A DNA stretch of 64,000 nucleotides, from assembly GCF_006345805.1 (NCBI RefSeq), contig NC_043015.1:10540001-10604000 (forward strand), written 5' to 3'. This stretch comes from Octopus sinensis. Lineage: Eukaryota. A program made the position numbers and the translations under genes. The notes below the pieces were generated by a model. It saw only the letters and a list, made by a program, of their open reading frames with translations, was not told where the DNA came from and did no database searches. Below are positions 1 to 14,080 of the stretch, one piece after another (the first letter of the stretch is position 1; every line of letters starts with the position of its first letter).

Positions 1-59
1 TATTGTATTTCGTGCTGAATCGATGCATACCGACATTTAACATCATAGATTGATCGAAC

Positions 60-72
60 ATGCTCTATGTAC

Positions 73-125
<53 letters not shown>

Positions 126-555
126 CATATATATGTACATATATGTATATATTATATATATATTATAATATGTAATATAAGTATATATATATATATATAT
201 GTGTATAAAATATACATGTATATATCTATATATGTATATGCATACATACATTCATAAAGAAGCAGAATAAATAATAAATATGTTTCGTGTATATAATGCT
301 TTTCTGCCTATGTCAATGCCTCCAAACTTTTATATGAGATGATGGAATTATGCTTATGTATGCGTAAACACAAGCACGTAAACACATTTACATACAAGTA
401 CATAAACGCAGATACATACAAGCACGGTTATGTATGTGTGTACTTATATGCGTATAGATATAAGTATAATACTTACAAGACTACACATATTTCCTTTGTG
501 TGCGTCTTTCGAATACAGGCAGTTACATTTGATGTTCTGTATGTAAGTATTGGGA

Positions 556-610
<55 letters not shown>

Positions 611-844
611 AAAGCGTACGTGTATTGCGTGCAGAGGCGCACACTGGAACTCATTTTCTCATACTAATAATATTAATATATGCCTATAATTATATGTATG
701 TGCATATGTATGTATGCGTCTGAGTGTATATATGTATATGTATGTGTGACTGTATATATATGTATATACACATAAATATTATATATATATATATATATAT
801 ATATTACATATACATATACATGTACATATGCGCACTCACACAGT

Positions 845-917
<73 letters not shown>

Positions 918-925
918 ATACTGAG
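60..925. repeat. (TA)n/(TATG)n microsatellite-rich tracts
   Basis: Directly visible; the ORFs here are IY/YI read-throughs. Confidence 0.95.
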
Positions 926-2159
926 AATAATTTGATTCCTGCATTAGACATTAAACCAAAGTAAATTGGAAAGCATTTCAAGATTCTAATATTTTTCCAT
1001 CTCACGAGGTTTCGTTCCATTATAAGAGCCGATTCCTACGTGGAATTCACTTTATGTATGTAATTGAAATAAATAGATGAATAAATAGACAAATAAATAT
1101 ATCTTCTTTCTGCCACATTTTAATATAAAAAGGATATAATAAATGAAAAGAATAAAAAAAAATATAATAGATATATGAACCGCATGCCCCAATCAATATT
1201 GTCAGTTAACATTTAGACCCATTGCTACTCAAGCAATTCATCTAGAAATTGTATTTCTGCTGCATGCTATCATTTGGTGAATCTGAGAAGCATAGAACTT
1301 CTGAAATATGAAATCAAATTCGAAGATGGTCACCCCATAAAAGTGAGCTAAATGTAAGCTCAGTTGAAAGGAGGTTAATTAATTGCGAATACGTTATTTC
1401 CTACGTAATCAACCAGCAAGTCTTTATATTTAGAGGAAGCCATGAACTAGATTTGGAATAATAATCTCCTAGAATACGCTTAAAGAGTTTTCTATACTAA
1501 ACCCTAATTTACGCGATGGTCTAAAATGGTGTTGGCATAATAAATGCAATATGTTTAATGTCTCCACATCATAATAATCTTCGAAACAAATATTCACATC
1601 CCAGATTTATATGTATTTATATGTATTCAAGTCGGTTAATATATTCGTAAGAAGCTATTCCTCCTTCCTAACAATATGCTTAGATGCGTGTAACAATAAT
1701 AACTTAGAAAGTTATATATTTGTAGCAGCGGAACTCAGCGTTGGTCAGAACATTTCATATTTTTGTTTTTAAGGATATATCATCCATATAACCCATTCCC
1801 CACGCGAACTCATTGCTTTAATAGCCACTATATATATAGTGATGTAAATTTATTGCATATACTAATTTACATTTTAAACACATACGAAAATATTATCTGT
1901 TGATAAAGGAGCAAAACATTCCCGAAATATTGCATATACAACAATTACCCATTCCTTCATTTTCGATCTCATTGTTTTTTAATATCACACGTCTCGGGTA
2001 CGAAACGTCGAAACAATATAGGTGCTGGTTATAAATCACTAGCGATAAACTTAAAATGTCTTTATTGCTCTGCTAACACAGCAGTATACGGTATTGGATT
2101 GTAAAAATGCTATTTTGTAGCATATTATTTTTGCATAGCAAAATACCTTATGGAAAGAC

Positions 2160-2505
2160 AAGTGGCTACGTCGGTAGTGCGTTGCTCTCACTGTCATCAA
2201 ATCGTGAGTTTGATTCCAGGACGGAGTGTTGTGTTCTTGAGCATAACAGTTCATATCTGTTTGTTCTAGCGCTGTATGGCGACCGCTATGTCAAAGACAA
2301 GACCCTACATTTCCTCTGCGTTTCATAAAATGCGATTAAAGGTGGTTGATTAAGAAAGACCGTCTTCGTAAATACATCACGAGCAACGTCTACAGAAACA
2401 GACCATGGGTTAGAAGATTCTAGCCTAATTCCTTGCAGAGGCGTCATACACCAGGAGTAGTAATTCACCAACAGTGGATTCAGCGACGCGTTTTTGCAGA
2501 GCATG
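2160..2505 (+). mobile_element. Degenerate tRNA-head SINE followed by (CTA)n
   Basis: A-box-like TGGCTACGTCGG and B-box-like GAGTTTGATTCC, then GTGTTGTGTTCTTGAGCA; similar layout at 25415-25675. Confidence 0.5.
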
Positions 2506-2534
2506 TCACTACTACTACAACTGCAGCAACAAAA

Positions 2535-2535
<1 letters not shown>

Positions 2536-2577
<42 letters not shown>

Positions 2578-2585
2578 TTATTATT
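2536..2585. repeat. (CTA)n microsatellite
   Basis: Visible. Confidence 0.95.
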
Positions 2586-2997
2586 TCTTATTTATAGAAA
2601 ACTCATATAAATTAATGTATTATCTTGGATTGCAATGTTCATTGTATTGCCAGTAAAACCAACTACTCTTAATTGAGAAAACATTTGCCCGGGTATTTTC
2701 AAGAGTAGTTTATATATTTCTGCATTTAATATGTACGCATAATGTACTTATTTATCATTTCACAATGAATTCGCTGGTATATCACACGCATCGAGCTGTA
2801 ACTTAAGACCGAATAACTTGGTAGTTAAAGAGGCCTGCCAAGAAATTTATTTCTAAAACGTGGAAATTAATTTCATATGAGAAAAAAAATCGATCCATTT
2901 TATTCTTATATTTTAATATGGTTTGATTAGAATGATTTTCAACACACAGATATTCCCCGTCTCTCTCTCTCTCTCTTTCTTTCCCCCTCTCTCTCTT

Positions 2998-3035
<38 letters not shown>

Positions 3036-3475
3036 ACTCTCTCTCTCTCCCTCGCAAACACACATATTATATTTCACTTTCAATATAAGCCACATACGTA
3101 TCCAACTGATTGCTAAGGATTACTTATTCATATCAGATTTGGTAGAGATAGACAAGCAATCTCTTCAAATCCTATGTAATTTTTTTAGTCACTCTGAAGA
3201 AAGTGCTCACCAAACTGAATTGCCTCTCGATGTTTTATAAACGTGCTTCACTAAGTCAGCATAACTGGTATAGCTACTATTACATTTATGTCAATCTACA
3301 ACATTGATTTTATCACAATATTTAATAGTTTTCATTTTTTAATTAAATCTCACTACAAAATTGCTACATTGTAGCAACGAACGACTTAACTATAGATATA
3401 CATTTTCCTTTATTGAAGTGTGCTAACATTTCACTCTTATTTCTTCTACCACATTTTTCATATTTCTTTCTCATT

Positions 3476-3518
<43 letters not shown>

Positions 3519-3590
3519 GTTTCATTTTTTTCTAAATTTCTACTTCTGATTTGAAAAGTCTCCTTTTTATTCTTTCTTTATCTCCGCAAG

Positions 3591-3605
3591 GTTATCATGC
3601 ATCAG
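3591..3605 (+). other. Candidate 15-nt microexon (GTTATCATGCATCAG)
   Basis: Pyrimidine tract 3561-3586 ending AAG| and CAG|GTAAGA donor; no flanking exons identified. Confidence 0.35.
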
Positions 3606-3724
3606 GTAAGAAAATATATGACTAGTTTCCAAATCCCTGACGTAACTGAACAGCAGGGAGCAACATGAATTCAATATAAAATTTCTTAGATATCTACGTC
3701 CGCAATAGATTATATTTCATCCTC

Positions 3725-3755
<31 letters not shown>

Positions 3756-4766
3756 ATTATATATATATATATACTACAATCGTGTGTGTATATATTTATA
3801 TTTATATATTCTGATATAGATATATATATATACACATATATGTTAATTTATATATATATATATATGAATATACTACAAGTTTGTTCGTGTATACATATAT
3901 ATTTTTATATATGTTGATATAGATATAGATATAGACATAGATATATATGCACATATATGTGAATATATATATATATATTATATATATATGTAAATGTGCG
4001 TATGTATATTATACGTTTTTTGTAGCTATATATGCGTGCGTCGTTATGTGTGTGTGTCGTTATGTGTGTGTGTTTATCTTATATAAGCATATATGCATAT
4101 TTTACTTTTTACCCCACAACTACTCTGATATTCTTCTCCAGTGTTATTGTTTTGTTTCATCTGCATTTCAACATTCGCTATTCACATAGCGTCTATTCAT
4201 ACTGAATTGTATGGAGACTGAGGTTCATATTCTCGCTTTTTTTATATACATATATTTCAAATTTCACTTCCTTACAATATGCTTCGAAAAGTTATGGAAA
4301 ACACTCATGTGATAAACTCCATAAGAGATATATTGTCATGACAGAACGGCATTCCGATAATGCATGATCAGCATGGCCACACATGTGCTAAAATGAAGCA
4401 GGAACAAAAAAAGAATATATGTTCTCAAACATGATTCTAACCCAACCGAAATCACCGCTACGTGGTAGGAACGCATATGCACACAGATTCACACATACGG
4501 AGATTTTTTAAAATACATTTACACATATATCAGTACGTAAGAACACATACACATGCATATATGTAAAATGTATGTATGTATGTATGTATGTATGTATGTA
4601 TGTATGTATGTATGTATGTATGTATGTATGTTTTATATATGTATGTATGAATATATGCATGTATACACATATTTGAGTATGTATATAAATATTTATGCAT
4701 ATATACATATGTGTATATTTACATGTATAAACACAGACTTTTACACACACACACACACACACACAC

Positions 4767-4816
<50 letters not shown>

Positions 4817-4962
4817 TATATATTATATGCTACTTCACAAATGTAAGAACATTTGGTAGCAGTTAAATATAATAGTTTACAATAGTGTGATTTGGCTCCA
4901 TGCAACTGAAAATTTCCTAGGCTCGTAGACACTGTTATTAAATAAAACATTTTACGCATATA

Positions 4963-5059
<97 letters not shown>

Positions 5060-5099
5060 TAAATATATACAAATATATATACGTATATATATATACATA

Positions 5100-5603
5100 A
5101 GTGTCGTTTTGGGATTTGGTTTGCCAGATACTTTATGTGAGTTCGTGTGTTGAAGTATATTTTGTTGTGTCATTCTTGTTTTGTGCCTTATAATTTAACA
5201 CACTCACCAGTAAAATTTCCTCTAATTTTTTTATTATTTTTCTAAAAGTTTTAATTGCGTCTTGGAACCTTTTCCATAGTCGTTGGCTGTGTCCGCTACT
5301 CACACTGCGTTCCTTTTTTTTCTGTGCGCATGTGTATGGAGCAGTGTGTGTGTATGTATGTATGCATCTATAGACATGGATTTTGCTTTAGAGAAATGCA
5401 TTCAGGTAGTCTGTGAGAGTGAAGTGTAGTTCTGTAATGTCAACGCGAGGGAAGTGGGCTCTTTCCTCAGACTAAGCTAGAGCAGGAACTATTTAGATGA
5501 CCATGACCTCAGTAGATTCTCCCCCGCCAGGTCACAGAGTGGAATACCACACACCATCACTTCAGCGGTGAAAAGAAGCATCACAGTACGCTTGAGTGGC
5601 TGG
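5100..5603 (-). mobile_element. Dispersed repeat (probable Penelope-associated tail), inverted copy
   Basis: Reverse complement aligns by eye to 45790-46365, and its distal part to 7157-7330. Confidence 0.75.
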
Positions 5604-6750
5604 AACGCACCCGCACAAAACCCTGAGAACAACAATCAGGTGAAAGAAATAATTGCATATGCAATAGGTGCCAGTGTAAAAACCAACTTGAAGAACCACG
5701 CAGTAAAGTTTAATAAAAAAAAAAAATATACATACAGGTTCAAGGTGCAGCCATCTGTGTCAGTGTGGCTGGAAATGTTGCCGGCCTCTTCAAGACCTGG
5801 TGGGACAGAAAACTTAATTAAATGCTAGCAGAACAGTCCACATCTCTTCTACTCTTCAGTAGATATGTAGATGGCATAATAGTTAGGACCATCTCTAGTA
5901 GCGGTAGAGCATCCACCAAGTAGCTAACTCCATCCACCAAAGTATCGAGGTAATTATAGACTATCCCCACTAAGCACCCCAGCAATAAACTACCCATACT
6001 TCATACTGTACTTTAGTTAGAGACTGCGAACAATAGTGTGCAGCTCTTCGACTCCTATTTCATGAATCCTATAGCTTCAAAATATGTTGTTCAGAAGAAC
6101 TCAGTTTTCTCACAGAACATGAAAATTTATATACTGATAGCAGACTTAGTTAGGATAAAGATAGAGAAACAAAGATTGGAATAGAATACAAAGACCCTGT
6201 GTCAAAGCAAACAGGGCGAAAACTTGGTATAAAACCGACAAATATCAAGGAGTGATGTTTATAGAGGCCACAGCCCATGGAAAACTAGTTCGTAGATTTA
6301 GGAAAGCTCTTGAGGAGACTAAACTCAACATTAATATTGTGAAAAAGCCATGGAACTCCGTCGGTTCATAACTATGTAAGACGTACCCCTTTGAGAATAC
6401 CATATGTACTAATGAAACTGCATGACATGTAGAATTAGCCCTGACATTAACTCGAAATGAAGTTTATAGCATAAAATGCATAGAATGTGCTTAAAAAGAC
6501 ATCAACGTGACAAACATAGGAAGACTTCTAGGAGCATTGAGAAACGACTAAATGGAATTTGAGACAATATGACGACAAAAAACATTGCTCCGTACTCTAC
6601 TAACATGCAAAGGACCTACATGCAGGTAACCTGCCTCAACTTGACATCTTCATCTTATCCAAGCACTCAAAGAAACCAACACTCAGACAAATACGGGAGT
6701 CCGTCCTCATAAATGAAATTTTCCCTGTATTAAATAGGAAATATACATAG
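5600..6750 (+). pseudogene. Decayed Penelope-like element: RT core, thumb and GIY-YIG endonuclease
   Basis: Across frames: GAAICVSVAGNVA, LFKTWWDRK..FSRYVDG (YVDD-like), NPIASKYVV, YQGVMFIEATAHGKLV, VYSIKCIEC, ETSRSIEKRL, LRQIRESVLINE; many stops and frameshifts. Confidence 0.8.
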
Positions 6751-7124
6751 TAGATATCATATGCTCATATCCACAGTTTACACAGATAGAGTAGAATAGT
6801 TAGTAGGCTGTTATGTAGAGATATGTATGCATGTGTGTGGGGGGTTTATGTATATATACGTAGATAGATGTATGTATGTAGGTGGGTGTATGACTATATA
6901 TATGTATATCCACATGTATGTAAGTATATGGATATGAAAGTAAACAGATCAACATACAGACGGATAGTTACAAACAAGACAACATACACAAATGAAGAGT
7001 GAAGCACATAGCCATATATATACACACACTTTACTTCACAAAGGGATACATATTGGGACACACCTTCACACGGACATGCGCATCCATGCATTCAAATACC
7101 TTACATAGTTGCAAAACACACACA

Positions 7125-7163
<39 letters not shown>

Positions 7164-7515
7164 ATCCAAACAAATGCGCACAAACAAACAAAAAGGAACG
7201 CAGTGTGAGGAACGGACAGAGTCAACAACTATACAAAAAGTTGCAAGACGAAACGAAACTTTTTAGAAACATAAAGAAATAAGTGAAAAATTTACCAGTG
7301 AGTGTGTTAAATTATAAGGCACAAAAGAAAATGGCTCCCCCAGACACAATAATAACAAGGAATAATAAGTATTCCATGTTATCACGGCATTTATATCCAG
7401 TAAAATAATATTAATACATATATTATTTTATGGATATAACTTTCTATGTGTATTCCATGCAATACGGCTATCCTGGAAAAGGAGTTACGGTTCTATTGGT
7501 AAAATCCCAAATATG

Positions 7516-7551
<36 letters not shown>

Positions 7552-7582
7552 ATAATATATATATATATTATATATACATATA

Positions 7583-8135
7583 TTAGGTTGTCCGGAAAGT
7601 CCGTGCCGATTCATTGTAGTTTACCTTTCGTCTTATTTTAGAACATGTTTAAATCCATAAAATAGGATTTCACTACACCTCCATTTGGAGCACAGTTTAA
7701 GCTATCTTTTCCTGGAAGAAGGTTTATGTTCCTATAACCTGTGTTAAATCTGTAACCCTTGAAAATGGAAGAAAAGGAATTTCTTTTTCGGCACTTGATA
7801 CTTTTCTTCTTCCGTAAAGAGAAAAATGCCTCACAAGCAACCAAAGAAATATGCCCAGTTTACGATGATGTTTCTTTATCCGAAAGAACTTTACGGAAGT
7901 TGTTCGCCTTGTTGATAAAGAGCGATCAGGCACAACATCTACTACAGATGATGACCAAATCAAGTCATTAATTGAGAATAACTCACATTGCACAAACTAA
8001 GAATTGGCAGAAAATACTCAACTTATCAAAATCACTCGTTCATGGGCATTTGGTAAAGCTTGGGTAATGGCAAGTATTTATTGACTTTTCTTCTTTTCTT
8101 TAAAATTTGGGCACGAACTTTCCGGACAGCCCATG
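7583..8135 (+). mobile_element. Internally deleted mariner element
   Basis: TIRs TTAGGTTGTCCGGAAAGTCCGTGCC / GGCACGAACTTTCCGGACAGCCCA, left TA flank; ORF 7759-7971 FRHLILFFFRKEKNASQATKEIC resembles the mariner N-terminal HTH. Confidence 0.85.
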
Positions 8136-11100
8136 AGATATATCGAGATGCAGATATAGATATATATCATGCGTGTGTGTACATGAGTGTGCCTGTGTGT
8201 CTGTGTGTGTCTCTCTCTCTCTGCATGTCTGCATATGCTCGTATATGCATAGGCATGTATATATGCACATATCCCTTTACCTTGATCGGTACAATAAATA
8301 ATAGTTTGAAATTTGGCCACATGGCCAGTAATTTTGTGATAGGCTGTAAGTCGTTTATATCGATACGATAGCTCAAGAGCTACTTAATTCATCGATCGCG
8401 ATCATAGTTGATAACAATGTCGATCTCTTGGGATCTGAAGTCAGAAGATAAAAACTGTTGGAATAATGCTACATAGTTTGTCCAACGTTCTAACTATACT
8501 GACAGATCGTCACCTTAAAACAAACTTTTCTATTTATTATAGTTTGTTAATAAAGTCACTGGCCCAAAGATATAGAATAAATTCATCAAGTATCTAAGAC
8601 AAAAAATGGCTTCTACTTAATAGCAAACGTGAAGTGTTACATTATATTCTTTGGTGTCGTATGGAATCTACATTTAATGTAACAGATATTTATTTAATTG
8701 AGTACGCCCTTAAGCTATACTCTCTTGCAAACTTTATATCTTAGCTTGTACAGGAACATGCCATCACATTTATATGCATGTCTAACAAGTATGTTGTTAT
8801 CTATGTTATAGCATGTAATTTAGAATTACTATAAACAATGTCCCATTATATGGTCTATTATTATACCACTAGATTAGCTTAAAGTGCCAAAAATATACTC
8901 AAAGTTAGTTTGAAATTGGGAGCTACACCTACATATTCCGCATTATAGTAGTCAACTTTAAATTATGCCTTCCATTGTACACAAGCAGCGGCAGACGAAT
9001 TTTGACACATTTTGAAGAGAGATATAGTTGCTGAAATGTATTTTTGTATCAAATATTTAAATTGATATCTTAAATCTATTCGTATGTGTACGTGTGTGTG
9101 TGCACGTGCGCATGTGTGACTTGGATTTTGTAATTTACGAAATCTAATTACTTTTGGTTACCCTGATATTGGATACCTTTTACAGACACCTTCACTTAAA
9201 AAAAAATACTCCACCTTATGATGGACTATTGGTCATCGCTATCAACCCGATCTCAGTATCATAATGGCTCGCGTATGTAACAGCTAACGATTAAAATCAT
9301 CAACTGCCACACTATTAGCAATGGATACCACAAGCATCGATCGTTTATAATTCTATCAACTCGACGTCAATGTGATTTTCGATTTTTGAACATCAAATGT
9401 GATATTGTAATCTTTTGCCAGAATTTTGTCAAATTCACCCACCATTCCGTCTTACGTTACTTGCCTGCAAATGTGTTCCATACTAGCCGCAACCGCTGAT
9501 ACTCCACTTGATAAAATTAGCCTAGAGTTTGCCCTGAAGGCCACATACCTTTGTCTTCAAAAGGAAAGGACACACTTGATAATGTAATTAGATACCATAA
9601 ACATTGATAAAACTTGGGTGGCGCCATAGGTAGAACACATATTTGGCGCTAAGCATAATCTAGTGCTGTCGCATTTCGCTTGATAAGCAACGAACATCAC
9701 CCGATGCGTGATAATTGAAGGGCAACTCGAGAAATAATTTCAGTACTGGAACCACCGGATTTCTCAAATAACTAATGGTTTCCTAGCGTTTGAGAAGCAT
9801 TTACTGTTTTACATCTCACTAATTATCTATGCTTTGATTTCTCAATCACTCTGAATGGTGCGAAGTTAGTGTTCATCACTAGGAATTTTCTGTGCTCTCC
9901 CCTAATGATGAAAATCCAAATATCACTACACAGGACTATGGTTAAATTTACAACAAACTACTAGTAAACAAAATACTCGAACACTGTTGAAATTACTAGT
10001 ATTTGTAACAAATTAATATGCTAATTTTAATTTGTTTGTATAAGAAAACTCATTAGTAAACGAGACTCGCAAATATTTATGTTATTAACTGGCTAGAATC
10101 TTATTTCAAATCATTATTCGTTTACCTACCATGATAGATGTTTTAGCAAATATTGTTCGTATATTACATTTAATATTATATAAAACAGTAGAATGTGAGA
10201 ACATCACTGATGATCTGCATAAGGAAATTGTATTACAAATATATAATTCGAGCTTCTGAATAAATGTTACACTGTAAAGAAAAATATGAATCAATTTTTC
10301 CTGTCGGAAAAAATGCAATTATCCAGTAACATTTGTAGATATATCATGTCTCTCCAAGAAAATAGTTCTGCTCGAAATTTTAAACTCATTTCCTTTGTCA
10401 TAGTATGTAATTTAGTCCAATGTTTGAACTTAATTTATAAATGGTTTGTAAATAAATAATCGTCTGTACAGGAAAGGAATATAGCTATATATCCCAACTG
10501 ATTCAATAGTTAGTAATCTGCTTGTCAATAACTTACCGTTCATTCATTTACCTTTCAGATAATGTAATAACATCCTTTATTCTTAAGTTTCGAGACAGAA
10601 TGAGTTATGTTCCTTATATAAAAGCAGACGTTTTCAATGTAAATGTGTTTTGTATGATCCTTAGAGCTATACACCTATTGATTAGAAGTGGAAAGTTAAA
10701 TTAAGACATGCAATCTGTTCGTTAAATAGTCATTACTCTAATTTGGTGCCGAAAATGTATATTACATCTATTATATACATATGTCGTCAGTTGTACCAAA
10801 TAGTGTAAAATATATCAAGTTGCAAACTGCAAACAAAGGCAAGCTAATAACAAAATATAGAGAATGAGCAAACATAGAAAGAAAAAATATCAATATATCT
10901 CGTATAAAATGTGCAGCCATTGTAGGAAATCTAAATTGCCTTATGAAGATATAAATAAAAATGTTATTAGATAAATGTTTTTCGCTAATATCGTATCGTA
11001 TTGGTGCGGCAATTGGTTTTTATTAGCTTACCTAATCTGTATATCACTAAACAAAATGTCAATATTCTATCAGTATTTGGTTTATCATTTAATATGTCTT

Positions 11101-12063
11101 TAAAATATACGCTAAGCCTTCAACTGAAGCATATGCCAAACGAAAACAAAAATAAACAAATACACAAATGTTTCGGGAAAAGTCAATAATATATAGTTTC
11201 TGTAAATTCCTCTGGAATTAGTGAATAGAAATATGTTATTAATATGTTATACTGCATGATTTTCGATTTATTTTCTTTACTTTTTTTTGTAATTATGTAT
11301 ACACTAATGTCCTCTCTGTGCGCAAATTGTATTACAAAAAAAAAACTGGCCTGAACAATTTTATGTCTTACTATTACACTCATAGAGATATTTCATATAA
11401 TAATTTTCTCATTTTTTTTTTCTGAAAGAGTAATCCCTGCTTTTCCTAATATTTCTCTTCTCACATTTTGAATCATATATCAGTTTTTTCCCTTGAATTT
11501 TGTGCATATTATGTCTATCTTTTATTCGTCTTTGAATATAACTAATACTATATTTCATCTCTTGAGATATCCACATATTCCGTTACATAATAAAGAATTC
11601 TTATCTATTTCCCTAGATTTCTCTTCAGTTGCTTTAACTTTTATATTTAATTGAACAAATACTACTTGTCAGTCTATCTCCGCATATTTCAATATATATT
11701 TCCCAGTATCAACTTGACGTCTAACGCGTTTAGTATTTATGTATCTTATTATAAAATACGGATCTATCCCATTTCAATCACATATTTTTTTGAATTAATT
11801 ATTTTTAACTAAACAGTCTGAAACTTCGAATACTTATAGAATTTCTCACTTAGAACACGGTCGCTGTACCCTGAACGTTTTTGACAAAATGTCCTACTTT
11901 AGAAGTTATTTCGTGTTAAATTTGTCGTATTTGGCTAATTTCAACCTATCAACGACGTGAACTCGGTTGAAGGAAGCTACTGCTGTTTGCGATATTAATC
12001 GAAGTAGAACAACTTCCGGGTCATCTCTAAAAGTCACCACTCTGTTCTATTCGTCGCATTTAA

Positions 12064-12246
12064 CCTTCCTTTCTAGTCAGCACCGTGTATTCCTTACTCT
12101 TTCCCTCCCTCTATTCGTCACCGTCAGCCTTCCTTCTTTTCTAGTCCGCACCGTGCTTTCCTTAATTTTTCCCTCCCTCTATTCGTCACTTTTATCCTCC
12201 CTTCTTTCTAGTCAACACCGTGCATTCCTTACTCTTTTTCTCCCTT
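12064..12246 (+). repeat. ~67 bp pyrimidine-rich minisatellite, about 2.7 copies
   Basis: Recurrent TTTCTAGTC.GCACCGTG..TTCCTTA...TTCCCTCCCTCTATTCGTCAC. Confidence 0.85.
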
Positions 12247-12393
12247 ATACACTATGAACTAACAACCAGAGACCGAACTTGTCTCTGCCACTTCAATTAC
12301 CGTATTTTTCGGGTGTATATGCCGCTATTAGTTTTGTTTTACTTTCATGTTTCGATAATGTTATTTTTAATCTAATAAAAACTTTTAGATTTA

Positions 12394-12624
12394 TTTCTTT
12401 ATTGCCCACAGGGGGCTAAACATAGAGGGCACAATCAAGGACAGACAAATGGATTAATTCGATTACTTAGACCCCAGTTTGTAACTGGTACATATTTAAT
12501 CGACCCCGAAAGGATAAAAGGCTAAGTCGACCTCGGCAGAATTTAACCTCAGAACGTAACGGCAGACGAAATACCGCTTAGCATTTCAGCGGGCGGGCTA
12601 ATGTTTCTGCCAGCTCGCAGCCTT
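12394..12624 (-). mobile_element. tRNA-head SINE, family A
   Basis: Reverse complement of the 42009 element; central GGTCGAC..GCCTTT.ATCCTTTCGGGGTCGAT..AAGTACCAG block resembles the MetaSINE Meta domain. Confidence 0.9.
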
Positions 12625-14080
12625 AATAAAGATTTTTATATTGACGAAATATGTTTGCTGTTGATAAAATCATGACAATAATAATACATCTCATAGTTGT
12701 AAAATCAGGCATTTTGAAACTACATGTACGTCAACAACAACAAAAGGTTAGCAGCGGACTTGTTGCTCTATGGTGTTGATACTTCGAACAGAGTGTTGAC
12801 ATTTAGTAGAGACGACCTGGAAGTTGTTTTTCTTCGATTACTATCTCAAATATCAGTAACTTTCTTCAACCGAAAATACGTCGTTGATTGGTTGAAATAC
12901 GACAATTTTAACACAGAATAACTTCTAAAATAGGGAACGTTGTGAAAAACTTTCAGAGTGAAGCGTATTCTACGTGAGAAATTCTACCAGTATTCGAAGG
13001 TTCACAACTATTTAGTTAAAAAATATTAATTAAAAAATATGTAATTGAGATGGAATAGATCCTAAAATATATTTTTATAATTATTTCTAGGTTTAGTAGT
13101 TCCTATAGATTAGTAGTTTATTTTTGCTTTTGTTTCTTTTTCTTTGTGATACGTGTTTTATGATATATAACTGGGCACATACACTTAAATTGAAACAAAT
13201 GCGATTAACATTTCAAATTTAATGATTTAATGGAAATATTTATATAATTTGCTGAAGTTTGGGTGCGATAGTTCGCATCTATGGTAAGTGGGGTCTCGGG
13301 TGGATGTGGCCATCGAAAACGGTCATTACGATGGGCGAATAAAATTAGAAATTATAACGAATATAAGAAACACAGAGGAAAACAAGAATGAAGAATAATA
13401 TTCTGGAAAAAAACGCTGTGAAAATACATAATAAAATGGACCTATATTTGTAAAGCATAGATGGCTGTACACAAAATCGGAGAGGGTTATTGTCACGTAT
13501 TTCATAACAGCTGTATTCTTAACAAGTGGTCGGGGCGATGTTAATTTCTAATAACAAAACATATATTGCAACAGAAGTAGCATAACAAAATAGCATCAGT
13601 TCTATGTAACTGGCCGGTTATCAATCTTAAACTGTAATTTATGATTCAATGCAAGCATTTGCATAGATTGCGAGTTATGATATTCAATGCGAAACCTAAG
13701 ATATTTATTAATTTGGTGCATGCCTTACGTTAATCTCATTTTAGATTGATATCATCCTGTAGCTATCCTTGGCTATATGTATAGTAGATATGCATGTATA
13801 TCAAAGGAGGACACAAGTAAATTACCTAGTAGCAAAAGCACGCGTTCTATGCTGTAATCTACCAATGCAACAATAAAATGCTGCCAAAACAGGAGTTGTA
13901 AACTTTTAACACCACTTACGTTCTACTGATATACACACGTGGTCCCAATCTACGGTTTATATTGGTTCGGATCTACGGTTTATATTGAATTTGGTAGCTC
14001 TCTCTATATAATTATACGTGTTTGTTCGTATATATTTATATATATTTGTGTATGTGTGTATATATGTATGTATGTATGTA

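Larger units (their letters stand above)
11749..13080. repeat. Long inverted repeat, arms 11749-12047 and 12786-13080
   Basis: Reverse complement of the right arm aligns along the whole left arm (e.g. TTAGAAGTTATT..GTGTTAAA.TTGTCGTATTT, ATCAACGACGT, AACAACTTCC.GGTC.TCTCTA). Confidence 0.85.

Noticed and set aside
2160-2240. tRNA-like heads as functional tRNA genes (also 25415, 42009, 55850)
   Set aside because: No closable cloverleaf; they continue into SINE bodies
4960-5050. TT/AA phase flips inside (TA)n tracts throughout the window
   Set aside because: Explained by slippage or long-read indel error; no regular spacing seen
9200-9800. Possible RNase H or LINE relic on the minus strand
   Set aside because: Needs several frameshifts to reach a weak match
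10207-10245. CTGATGA...GAAA resembling a hammerhead
   Set aside because: Helix II does not pair, there is no U at 16.1 and no helix I
10126-10271. Possible minus-strand exon (TTTTTCTTTACAG acceptor, TAG|GTAAAC donor)
   Set aside because: Translation unrecognisable and AT-rich; such sites arise by chance
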